Source of the DNA: Alkalispirochaeta sp.
GTDB taxonomy: Bacteria > Spirochaetota > Spirochaetia > DSM-27196 > Alkalispirochaetaceae
Assembly (NCBI GenBank): GCA_965601925.1
Contig: OZ271854.1
Location: 3,104,001 to 3,168,000, forward strand
Reading direction: 5' to 3'
Length of the DNA stretch: 64,000 bases
The notes under the pieces are model-generated. The model was not told the DNA's origin, did no database searches, and saw only the letters and a list, made by a program, of their open reading frames with translations. Below, piece by piece: positions 55,347 through 64,000 of the stretch. Made by a program: the position numbers and the translations under genes. The stretch's first letter is position 1, and every line of letters starts with the position of its first letter.

Positions 55347-56678
55347 ATGCTCTGCATTCACAACGGCTGGGTGCTTCCCATGACCTCTGATGCGATCGAG
55401 CGTGGCTATGTGCTGGTTGAAGAAGATCGGATCACCGAGGTCGGCGCCGGCGACCCACCGTGGAGGGAGGAAGAGCGGCCCGATGCTCCCGCCGCGAGCG
55501 GGTCGCTCACGATGATCGATGCGCGCGGCGGCATCATCATGCCGGGTATGGTCAACGCGCATACGCATATCGCCATGGCGCTCTTTCGTTCCTTGGCCGA
55601 TGATCGTGCCGACCGGTTGCGGAAGGTGCTCTTTCCTCTGGAATCGCGCGCCGTCGACGAGCGACTCGTATATCACGCCTCGCTCCACGCACTCGTGGAG
55701 CTCATTCTCGCCGGCGTGACCACCTTCGCGGATATGTACTACTTCGAGCAGGAGTGCGCGCGCGCGACGCGCGAGGCGGGCGTGCGAGCGATATTGGGCG
55801 AGACCGTTTTGGGGGGCGTCGCGCCGGACGCCGCCGGTGCGTACGGCGGTATCGAGTACGCGAAGGATTTTGCCGACCGATGGGGCGACGATGCCCTGAT
55901 TACACCGGCGATCGCGCCGCACGCGCCCTATACCGTTGCTGACCATGCGATGAGGCGATGCGCCGCACTGGCCGAGGAGCTGGACATACCGATGATGCTG
56001 CACCTGGCGGAGATGCCCTTCGAGGTCGCTGAGATTCGCTCGAAGCACGGCGTCTCTCCGGTTCGGCACATGGCGGATCTCGGCATACTCGGCTCCCGGC
56101 TGCTCGCCGCACACTGCGTGTTCACCGATCGCGCCGACCACGAGCTGTTACGGTCGAGCGACACCGGCGTTGCACACAATCTCGTCGCGAACATGAAAAG
56201 CGGTAAGGGATTCGCACCGCTACCCGATATGTTGAAAGCGGGGTTGCGCATCGGACTGGGGACGGACGGTCCGATGAGCGGCAACACGCTCGATCTCTTC
56301 GGCCAGATGCGTGCAGTCGCCACGGTGCACAAGGCGGTTGTCGGCGACCCGACTTTTCTTCCCGCCCGCGCCGTCGTGGAGCTGGCGACCATCGGCGGCG
56401 CGCGAGCGTTGCACATGGAGGAGCGAATCGGATCGCTCGAGGTGGATAAGCAGGCGGACATCGTCGTCGTATCGACCGATACGCCCGCACTTCACCCCGT
56501 TCACGATCCGTGGTCGGTCGTCGCCTACGGCGCCGGTCCCGCCGATGTCGATACGACGATCGTCGCCGGCAGAGTACTCATGCACCGGCGAGAGATTCCC
56601 CACCTCGACCGCGAGGCGATCGCGGCGCGCTCAAGAGAGTTCGGCGCCCGTGTCGCCCGTTTTCTGACCGGGCTGTAG
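55347..56678 (+). CDS. Amidohydrolase, MTA/SAH-deaminase-like
   Basis: PG.VNAHTH, GVTTF.DMY, APHAPYT, HLAE, AHCV, GLGTDG, GSLE..K.AD. Confidence 0.88.
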   Translation: MLCIHNGWVLPMTSDAIERGYVLVEEDRITEVGAGDPPWREEERPDAPAASGSLTMIDARGGIIMPGMVNAHTHIAMALFRSLADDRADRLRKVLFPLESRAVDERLVYHASLHALVELILAGVTTFADMYYFEQECARATREAGVRAILGETVLGGVAPDAAGAYGGIEYAKDFADRWGDDALITPAIAPHAPYTVADHAMRRCAALAEELDIPMMLHLAEMPFEVAEIRSKHGVSPVRHMADLGILGSRLLAAHCVFTDRADHELLRSSDTGVAHNLVANMKSGKGFAPLPDMLKAGLRIGLGTDGPMSGNTLDLFGQMRAVATVHKAVVGDPTFLPARAVVELATIGGARALHMEERIGSLEVDKQADIVVVSTDTPALHPVHDPWSVVAYGAGPADVDTTIVAGRVLMHRREIPHLDREAIAARSREFGARVARFLTGL

Positions 56679-56739
56679 TGTCGCTCGGCCCGGACGACGC
56701 GGTATGAGGGCGAAGAGAGCACCGTTCCTCCAATCGATC

Positions 56740-57495
56740 CTATGGCGAACGGTGGGCGTCGGCGGCGTAGAGAGCGACGACCGCGTCGAGAGCCGCGGCG
56801 ATCACGACACGCTCGCCGATCGCGAATAAGCGATCCTTCTCCGCGAGCGTCGGCTGCTTTTCCAACCAGATGTTGGAGTCGGTGGCGACGATCGCCCCGG
56901 TCTTGACGCCCCTGACCGCACCGATGATGAACAGCGTCGCCGCCTCCTGCTCCGCCGCCTTCACGCCGCTTCTCGTCAACAGCGCGTTCAACTCCCGATC
57001 CTGGACGTAGTACGCGTCGCGCGTGTAACCGACGCCGACCTCGTAGTCGACGCGGTGCGCGCGAAGTGCGTCCACGAGCGCGTTGGTCACCTCGAGGTCC
57101 GCGACGGCGGGAAACTCGACCGGGAGATACGCCTTTGTCGTGCCCTCTCCACGAACGGCCGATGTGATCACGATCGGTGTGCCGATGGGTGTCGCGGGCT
57201 GCCGTCCACCGGCGGACCCCACACGGATGAAGACCTTCGCCCCGAGGGAGACGAGCTCCTCGCACGCGATCGAGGCGGCCGGCCCGCCTATCCCCGAGGA
57301 GCATACGGTGATCGGAGCGCCGCGGTGTGTGCCGGTGTATACGACATACTCGCGGTTCTCCGCGATGAACTCGGCGCGGTCCATCCGCTCGACGATGCGT
57401 CGTACCCGTCCCGGGTCGCCGGGGATGAGTACGAAGGGCGCAACATCGCCCGTGCCGCAGCGGATATGTTTGAGCACCTCCTTCGGCCCGCTCAT
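56740..57495 (-). CDS. Nucleoside phosphorylase (uridine phosphorylase-like, NP-I)
   Basis: PGDPGR, NREY, GIGGP...IA.EEL, IRVGS.G, R.EGT, D.YY, EQE. Confidence 0.88.
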   Translation of the reverse strand: MSGPKEVLKHIRCGTGDVAPFVLIPGDPGRVRRIVERMDRAEFIAENREYVVYTGTHRGAPITVCSSGIGGPAASIACEELVSLGAKVFIRVGSAGGRQPATPIGTPIVITSAVRGEGTTKAYLPVEFPAVADLEVTNALVDALRAHRVDYEVGVGYTRDAYYVQDRELNALLTRSGVKAAEQEAATLFIIGAVRGVKTGAIVATDSNIWLEKQPTLAEKDRLFAIGERVVIAAALDAVVALYAADAHRSP

Positions 57496-58571
57496 CGGTG
57501 ATCCTTCGTCTCCACGACGATACTCGACGGATCGACGTGCAGCCACCGGTCGTGCCGCTCCGGGTCGGCCTTACCGGCGAGCAGTACCTGTATGCGATGC
57601 GGCCCCGAGATCGCCGCGCACAGCGTACTGTTCCCCTGATAGTTGCAGAACTCGATCTCCGCTGGCAGCGTATTCTCGTCGGTCGGTATCGCCCCCGGCT
57701 CGAGTAACCGTACCGCCTCGGGCCGAAACATCAGCTGTACCGGCTCGCCGACCCCCGGGGCCGACCCATCGGGGCGACGGCATCGAAACGTGCGCTCCGC
57801 GACCGTTATAGTAAGTCGATCGGCCTCGACGGTGGAGACGACGCCCTCCACGGCGTTGTCGTACCCCATAAATCGCGCTACGAATGCGGTTGCCGGACGG
57901 TCATACACCGTCTCCGGGGTGTCGCTCTGCTCGATGGCGCCGTTGTTCATGATGACGATCCGGCTGGAGAGGCTCAGCGCCTCAACCTGGTCGTGTGTCA
58001 CGTAAATCATCGTGATTCCCAGTCGATTCTGGAGTCGAGCGAGTTCCGAGCGCATCTCGTCGCGTAACTTTGCGTCGAGGTTGGACAGCGGCTCGTCCAA
58101 TAGGAGCAGCTCCGGCTCGATTACGATCGCCCGGGCGAGGGCAACGCGTTGACGCTGCCCCCCGGAGAGTTGCGACGGCAGTCGATTCTCCAGACCGGTC
58201 AATGAGACGACCTCAAGTGCGCGGGCGACGCGCGATGCGATCTCAGGGCGCGACACACGCCGACGACGGAGACCGAACGCGACGTTCCCGAACACCGAGA
58301 GATGCGGAAAGAGGGCGTAGTTTTGGAATACGAGGCCGATGTTGCGCTTGTTGGGGGGCAGACGCGTATAGTCGACGCCGTTGACCACCACGCGTCCGGT
58401 CCGGGCGAGGATGAATCCGGCGATCGTCCGGAGGGTCGTCGTCTTGCCGCACCCGCTCGGACCGAGCAGTGAGAGGAGCTCCCCCCGTTCTACTCGTAGG
58501 TTGAAGTCATTCAGAATCGGCCTCTGCGGATCGTATCCGGCGGTGATGTTCGTGAGCTCTACGTACGCCAT
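57492..58571 (-). CDS. ABC ATPase (PotA-like)
   Basis: GPSGCGKT, VFQNYALFPH, LSGGQRQR, LDEPLSNLD, TOBE tail. Confidence 0.94.
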   Translation of the reverse strand: MAYVELTNITAGYDPQRPILNDFNLRVERGELLSLLGPSGCGKTTTLRTIAGFILARTGRVVVNGVDYTRLPPNKRNIGLVFQNYALFPHLSVFGNVAFGLRRRRVSRPEIASRVARALEVVSLTGLENRLPSQLSGGQRQRVALARAIVIEPELLLLDEPLSNLDAKLRDEMRSELARLQNRLGITMIYVTHDQVEALSLSSRIVIMNNGAIEQSDTPETVYDRPATAFVARFMGYDNAVEGVVSTVEADRLTITVAERTFRCRRPDGSAPGVGEPVQLMFRPEAVRLLEPGAIPTDENTLPAEIEFCNYQGNSTLCAAISGPHRIQVLLAGKADPERHDRWLHVDPSSIVVETKDHR

Positions 58572-58585
58572 TCGATGGGTGCCCC

Positions 58586-59365
58586 TTACATGTAGCGCGT
58601 GATACCGAGCGCCTTCTCCGCGGCCTGCACAACCAGCACGGTAAATACGATGATGATACTCGACAGCGCCGAGATCGTCGGATCGAAGTAGTATTCCATA
58701 TAGATCAGCATCTGGATCGGCAGCGTCGCCACACCGGGACCCGTCAAGAAGAGTGAGATCGGCACGTTGTTGAATGAGGTGATAAACGCCAGGACGAACG
58801 CTGCGGCGACTCCCGCGCGAATATTGGGAAACACTACCGAAAAGAAGGCGTGCAGTCGCGAGGAGCCGAGACTTACCGCGGCCTCCTCGACCGCGAGATC
58901 GAAGTTTTTCAGGCTTGCCGAGACGACACGCACCGTGTACGGAAAGAGAATCGCGGTGTGCCCGAGATACAGCCCGACGAGTACCGGCATGCGCGTGACG
59001 AACACGAAGAATCGTAGGAGCGAAAAGCCGATCACGAGGCCGGGCACGATCGCCGGAGATGCGAAAAAAAGCTCAACGGCGCCCTTGCCGGGAAACCGAA
59101 AGCGGTTGATCACGTAGGCGACGGGGATTCCCATGACCAGAGCCGTCGCGGTAGCGGCCAAACCGGCCTGTAAACTGATCAGAAAGGTGGTCCGGAACAT
59201 CTCGATACCGAATACCTTGCCGTACCACTGCAGAGAGAACCCTTCGGGCGGGAAACTCATACTCGCATCGCCGCTGAACGAGGAGAGCACGATGATTGCA
59301 AAGGGGCCGATCAAGAAGAGGTAGACGGCCGAAAGTACAAAGACGAGTATCCGCGAGCGCTTCAT
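58586..59365 (-). CDS. ABC permease (PotC-like)
   Basis: FPP.GFSL.WY, EEAA.SLG, FITSF, TLP; TGATG overlap. Confidence 0.9.
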   Translation of the reverse strand: MKRSRILVFVLSAVYLFLIGPFAIIVLSSFSGDASMSFPPEGFSLQWYGKVFGIEMFRTTFLISLQAGLAATATALVMGIPVAYVINRFRFPGKGAVELFFASPAIVPGLVIGFSLLRFFVFVTRMPVLVGLYLGHTAILFPYTVRVVSASLKNFDLAVEEAAVSLGSSRLHAFFSVVFPNIRAGVAAAFVLAFITSFNNVPISLFLTGPGVATLPIQMLIYMEYYFDPTISALSSIIIVFTVLVVQAAEKALGITRYM

Positions 59366-60204
59366 CACGACGCCTCGCGCGGTCTGAACATTCGTAACCC
59401 GTTGTACAGCACCAACGTCGTCACGACCATGACCGCCGCGATCACCGTGGCGACCTCCCAGTTCATCAGAACCAACGCCTCCTGACGCATAAGCGTCGAG
59501 AGCGTCAGAACGCGCGAACCACCGAGAATCGCCGGGGTTACGTAGGCGGTGATGCACCCGGTAAAGACGAGTGTCACACCGAGGACGAGGCCGTCGAAGG
59601 AGAGTGGAACGACAACGCGAAAGAAGCTGCCGATGCGGCTATCACCGAGGCTGAGCGCTGCGTCCTCCACATCGTCCGGCACGTTCTCCATTGCGCTCGT
59701 GAGGGTGAGGATCATGATCGGCAGAAAAAGCTGGAGCAGCCCCAGGATGATCGCCCCCTCGGTGTACATCAGGCGCAGCGGCTCGCGCACGAGGCGCAAC
59801 CATTGGAGCGTCGCATTGAAGATACCGCGTCGGCCGAGCATTACGATCCACGCATAGGTCCTAGCCACGGGACTGGTCATGAGAGGGAGGATGACCAACG
59901 ACATCAGGATCGACCGGCGCGGCCCGGAAATCTTGCTCAACAGGTACGCACTGGGATAGGCGAGCACGACCGCAATGGGCGTGACGATGAGCGATATTCT
60001 CAAGGTCCGCACGTACACCGAACGAAATTGCGGGTCGGCCAACACGTCGCGGTAACGCACGAGCGTTACCGCCTCATCGGGTGTGCTGAGACTCTCGACA
60101 ACGATGAATGCGAGCGGGGCGAGGAAAAACACGAGGAGGAAGACGCCGCCGGGCCCCAGAAGGAGCAGGAGCTTCCGCCGAAAGTGTAGCTCGTTCACCG
60201 TCAC
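59365..60204 (-). CDS. ABC permease (PotB-like)
   Basis: AYP.AY, LP..TS.+.R.YAW, EDAA.SLG, TP.ILGG. Confidence 0.9.
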   Translation of the reverse strand: MTVNELHFRRKLLLLLGPGGVFLLVFFLAPLAFIVVESLSTPDEAVTLVRYRDVLADPQFRSVYVRTLRISLIVTPIAVVLAYPSAYLLSKISGPRRSILMSLVILPLMTSPVARTYAWIVMLGRRGIFNATLQWLRLVREPLRLMYTEGAIILGLLQLFLPIMILTLTSAMENVPDDVEDAALSLGDSRIGSFFRVVVPLSFDGLVLGVTLVFTGCITAYVTPAILGGSRVLTLSTLMRQEALVLMNWEVATVIAAVMVVTTLVLYNGLRMFRPREAS

Positions 60205-60262
60205 GAACCTCGTGCGCGACGCGTCCCGAGGGGACGTGCCGCCCGCCGTACGACCATTCCCG

Positions 60263-61330
60263 TCAGTCGGTGAAGATCGCGTTCCAGCGATCGATCCACT
60301 CGTCCTGAACAGCCGAAATCTCCGCCAGATCGAAGAAGAGTAACTGACCGATCAAGTCGCTGCCGTAGGTAAGGTTGTCGCCGATCTCCGGGGGAAGCTC
60401 GATGTCGGGACGTGCCGGGGAGTCGACCAGATCGAGCGCCTGCGCCAACTGCACCTCATAGGAGAGCATATGGTCCACGTACAGATGCGCCAACTCGACG
60501 TCGTCCGCCCCGTGGGCGATCCCGATCATGCTGAAGGATCCGGGCAGTCCCTCGACGGGAAACGCTTTTTCGAGCGGGTGACCGGTTGCGGCCAGGCTCC
60601 CCCACGCAAAGCTGGTGTACGGCGCGGCGTATACCTCCTCCTGCGCCACGAGTGTGGTGAGTTCCGAGGAGCGGCCGTAGGCGGTGGTAATCAAATCGGC
60701 GGCCTGCTCCAGTGCCGTCCAACCCGCCTCGTGGTCGTCGTATCCGTCGCCGAACGCCGCGCCGAGCATGTAGATCAGCGTCGGTCCGTACGTCGTGGTG
60801 ATATTGGGAACCGAGAGAAATCCGCGTAGTTCGGGACGTCCCAAATCGGCCCACGAAGTGATCGGCTCGAGAAGATCGGTGCGATAGACGATACCGAGAT
60901 TCTGTATCGTGTACCCGACCGCCATCCCGTTTCCCAACGGATCACGAGCAAACTCGTAGATGCCGTCCAGGTTGGTCAGTAGCGACGGATCGTAGGGCTG
61001 AAGAAGACCCTCCTCCGAGGCGTTGAGCGCCCAGTTCGCGGCAAAGAGTGCGACATCGACCTCGGGGTTGTTCCGGCGCGCCGCCATACGCGTGAAGCGC
61101 TCCGAGTTGTTACCCGTCTCGAATACGACATCGACGCCGTGTGCCTCCTCAAAGGGACGCACGACATTCTCTTCGATCAGATCGAGGTTGAATCCCCACG
61201 CCGATACGACGAGTGTTTCACCGGCAAAGGGCATATCTTCGTTTCCCTCCGTCTCCGGTTGCCCCGAAGCAAAGGCCAATATCGGAACCGCGATCACCAG
61301 AATAAGGGAAAGGATCGAGCGATTGTTCAT
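60263..61330 (-). CDS. ABC solute-binding protein (PotD/SBP_bac_6-like)
   Basis: AFASGQPE signal end, LVVS.WG, PFE..HGV, P.TSWADL; AAGGAGG RBS; TTGACA-N17-TAAACA promoter upstream. Confidence 0.88.
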   Translation of the reverse strand: MNNRSILSLILVIAVPILAFASGQPETEGNEDMPFAGETLVVSAWGFNLDLIEENVVRPFEEAHGVDVVFETGNNSERFTRMAARRNNPEVDVALFAANWALNASEEGLLQPYDPSLLTNLDGIYEFARDPLGNGMAVGYTIQNLGIVYRTDLLEPITSWADLGRPELRGFLSVPNITTTYGPTLIYMLGAAFGDGYDDHEAGWTALEQAADLITTAYGRSSELTTLVAQEEVYAAPYTSFAWGSLAATGHPLEKAFPVEGLPGSFSMIGIAHGADDVELAHLYVDHMLSYEVQLAQALDLVDSPARPDIELPPEIGDNLTYGSDLIGQLLFFDLAEISAVQDEWIDRWNAIFTD

Positions 61331-61755
61331 ACGCGGGCCTCCTTCGCACCATGTTTATGGGCGAAGCGGCGCGTTGTCAATGGAAAACGGCGCGAACGAG
61401 CCCGGTGTCTACCTGCCGATCACGTTTGCGGTCCTCGTCACCGAGTTTCGTAGCGAGTCGACGCTATCCGTCTATTCGACGCCTTCGTCGCAGGAGGCGT
61501 AGATCGGATCGTCGATGGGGTAGCTGCTTCCGACTGTGAGGACGATCGTGTTTGCCTAGATTTCTCTGCGCAAAGCGATCCGGGCATCGTCGACGCCGCC
61601 GGTGACCGCGATCGGATCGACACGGTCGGCATCCGTTTGAGCGCCCCACCGGTTACGGTAACGGTCTGTGGATGTTCGACGAGAGTATCGGCTCCTCCGT
61701 CGATCGATTCGTCCCGCCCGAGAGGGCCGTGTCGTCTACCGCGGAGGGGGCGTCG

Positions 61756-62055
61756 CTACTCCGCTTCCGCGAAACTTTGCAGATCCCATCGGCTGGGCCG
61801 CGGCGGCTCGGCGGTCATGCCCGTCAGTCGGGCCAAGAGTCTTTTGAAGACCCCCGTCTCCATGAACGCTTCGGCGTGATCGCGAGACTCCCAGGTGCCG
61901 ATCGCGAGCGCCTCGCCGGTGGAGCGGGAGTAGAGCTGCATTCTTACGAACCCCTCGTGTCCCCGAGCGACCTCCAATACTTCTTGCCGCCACGTCGAGC
62001 AGGCTTCCTCCAGACGCTCCGGGACGAATTTGTACTGCATCATCGCCGTATGCAT
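61756..62055 (-). CDS. ABM-domain (dimeric alpha/beta barrel) protein
   Basis: GF...QL....G.A..I..WES...AEAF pattern; GGAGGG RBS. Confidence 0.7.
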   Translation of the reverse strand: MHTAMMQYKFVPERLEEACSTWRQEVLEVARGHEGFVRMQLYSRSTGEALAIGTWESRDHAEAFMETGVFKRLLARLTGMTAEPPRPSRWDLQSFAEAE

Positions 62056-62239
62056 GGATACCCTCCGTCACGGCAGTCTACCATGATTTTCACCGCGAGG
62101 ATCTCCCGCGCCGAGTTCACCGGAGAGATGTTCTCTATTCCACGGGAGCGTTTCATCGTCGCGCAGGTGTAGACACGGCGGAGGAGCTGATCAAAACGAC
62201 GCGGTTACGCGGCCGAGCCGTCCGGCAGCACCCTCCGTA

Positions 62240-64000
62240 TCACCCTTCAATCCTAAACGTCCGTATCTCAAAGGGTGTAAACGCGATCGGCTCGCCGGTC
62301 GCGATCGGTTCCGCGTCGGACCGTTTGCGCTCCAGGAGGTCGATTTCGACGGCTCGGGCTCCCGGGTCGCGTAACACTAAGCTCGCCGTTGAGTTGGTAC
62401 CCCGCCGTTCCACCAAACGGACCACCAATGCGTCGCTCTCCTCCGCCCGTTTAAGGACCGTCATACCGACGTCCCTCGAATCCACCGCCACCGGAAGCGT
62501 GACGCCCGGTGCGGCGTAGCCTGCAAAGACACGCGGCGGACGGTTGAGGGAAGCCGCTTCGTCCATGACGTCCGAGGTTGCCAGCGGTCCGGAGTGTGGA
62601 AGAAGGGCGTAGACGAAGCGGTGCTCGCCACGGTCCGCGTCGGGATCGGGATTCGCCGGAGAGCGCAAAAGATTGAGATCGAGCGTATCGTAAAGCACCT
62701 TGTAGCCGTACTTACAATCGTTAAGCAGTGCAACGCCGCGATCGGGCTGGGAGAGGTCGGCGTAGCGTTGTCCCACCGATTCGAACTTGGCCATATCCCA
62801 ACTCGTATTGCGGTGGTTGGGCCGCCTAACGTAGCCGTACTGCACGTCGAAACTGCCGTGGTCGGTCAGCACGGTGGTCGGAAAGGCGACGCGCAGCATG
62901 CGGTGCCGTTCGTACCATTCGACGCGGGTGTCGAAATCCAACCGTGCGCTCGTGGGGCGCAGTGACACGCGTTGCTCGATACGGGACCCGCCGAAGGAGT
63001 AGGTGAACGTGATCCCGATCCGTGCGTCGCCGCCGGTGATTGCGCTCCATGAATCGGCTTCGATCTCGGTGACAATCGCCTCCTCGTAAAAGATGTCGAT
63101 GTCCCACGCGTCCCAGTTGTTGGGTCGATCATCGTAGAGAGTGAGGGCGTTACCGAAACGCCCGTCCGGAACGACTTCCCACCGAAGGCGCTTATCGTAC
63201 GCGCTTACTAAGCGACCCGTCGGGGCAAACTCGTAGCGTACCGCGTCGTTTTCCAGGATGAGGGTCTCGTCTCGCGACGAAACCGCGTCCTCTTCCGCCG
63301 GCAAGGCGGCGCCGGGATGCACGCCGTCACCGGTCGCCCGTCCCGCCGCGTCTTTGGCGCGCGCCGCTGCGGCCTCCACTCCCCCGGGGGGCGGCGCGTC
63401 CGAACGTTCCACGGTGAGCGTCCTCACCTCTCCTGGTGCGAGGGCGATACGCGCCATAAGGGCCGAGCCCTCCGTCTGGGACGGTACGACGGCCCCCGAC
63501 TCCTCGCGCACGACGACCCGAGCGCCGTTCTCCCCGTCCACTTCGGCGACCGGTACGACTTCTTCCACCGCGGTGCTCAGGCTGTTGAAGAGCGTCACGG
63601 CTTCGGCGCGTTTTTTGAGTACACGCCCTGCGATGTGCTCTGCGGTCCTGTCGACCGTCTCCAGCGCCTCGGCGTGCTCGGCCCGCGTCACGCGATAGAC
63701 TTCGTTGATACTGGAGCCGGGGATGATGTCGTGAAATTGGTTCAGGAGGAGCGTCTTCCAGGAGCGGTCCAACGCCTCCCGAGGGTACTCCGCCGCGTCC
63801 GCCACGGTCGCCAACGCCTCGAGCTCGCCGAGGGCCTGCTCCAGTTTACGGTTGCCGCGCTTGATCGCTCCCTGAGTCGTGAGCGTGCCGCGGTGGAACT
63901 CGAGATACAACTCGCCCGCCCACGTCGGGAGCGGTGATGAGTCCGCGTGGAGCGTGTCAAAGAATGTCTGCGCCGGCGCGTGCCGTACCGGCGGGAGCCC
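62240..64000 (-). CDS. Alpha-mannosidase GH38 (5' part outside window)
   Basis: W.GELYLEFHRGT.TTQ, LLNQFHDIIPGSSI, WDAWDID, AKFE, LNDCKYG, LLRSP..PD..AD.G.H; frame open to the window edge. Confidence 0.93.
   Translation of the reverse strand, partial: GLPPVRHAPAQTFFDTLHADSSPLPTWAGELYLEFHRGTLTTQGAIKRGNRKLEQALGELEALATVADAAEYPREALDRSWKTLLLNQFHDIIPGSSINEVYRVTRAEHAEALETVDRTAEHIAGRVLKKRAEAVTLFNSLSTAVEEVVPVAEVDGENGARVVVREESGAVVPSQTEGSALMARIALAPGEVRTLTVERSDAPPPGGVEAAAARAKDAAGRATGDGVHPGAALPAEEDAVSSRDETLILENDAVRYEFAPTGRLVSAYDKRLRWEVVPDGRFGNALTLYDDRPNNWDAWDIDIFYEEAIVTEIEADSWSAITGGDARIGITFTYSFGGSRIEQRVSLRPTSARLDFDTRVEWYERHRMLRVAFPTTVLTDHGSFDVQYGYVRRPNHRNTSWDMAKFESVGQRYADLSQPDRGVALLNDCKYGYKVLYDTLDLNLLRSPANPDPDADRGEHRFVYALLPHSGPLATSDVMDEAASLNRPPRVFAGYAAPGVTLPVAVDSRDVGMTVLKRAEESDALVVRLVERRGTNSTASLVLRDPGARAVEIDLLERKRSDAEPIATGEPIAFTPFEIRTFRIEG

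Noticed and set aside
1..64000. CRISPR array, tRNA/rRNA, retron, integron or prophage
   Set aside because: No regularly spaced repeats, cloverleaf/TpsiC signatures, reverse transcriptase, integrase or phage genes seen by eye.

Overview
GC-rich, gene-dense bacterial chromosomal segment. It is probably from a free-living spirochaete (inference: the solute-binding proteins start with Cys-free 'FA(G/S)GQxE'-type signal peptides). Contents from left to right: flavodoxin-like protein and PAS-LuxR regulator; a compositionally distinct xanthine-dehydrogenase/PaoABC-type molybdoenzyme cluster with MarR; a highly self-complementary 300-nt intergenic block; an uncharacterised atypical-kinase-like gene, divergent from an unannotated 44-aa Cys-tailed membrane peptide, an ACT protein and a PanE-like reductase; glgX; an exported LPP20-like/coiled-coil/beta-barrel protein; a radical-SAM DNA-repair protein fused to its DUF4130 partner, followed by an orphan Pycsar-effector-like membrane protein; a sulfated-glycan locus (sensor-AraC, ABC, sulfatase, GH2, GH42); an amino-sugar ABC operon with an AGE-epimerase/GKRP-like double-SIS fusion and a LOG protein; a polyol/sugar-acid locus; a CsoR/RcnR-box-controlled thioredoxin-like gene; G1P dehydrogenase and RpiB; a nucleoside-salvage locus; and the 3' part of a GH38 mannosidase. 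Four c-di-GMP enzymes are scattered through the window. I saw no rRNA, tRNA, CRISPR array, integrase or intact transposase. The most notable signals are the two gene fusions, the orphan PycTM-like gene, the kinase-like/microprotein divergon, and a window-wide pattern of apparently leaderless genes (-10 box 5-8 nt before the start codon). All calls come from reading motifs by eye; no database searches were run.
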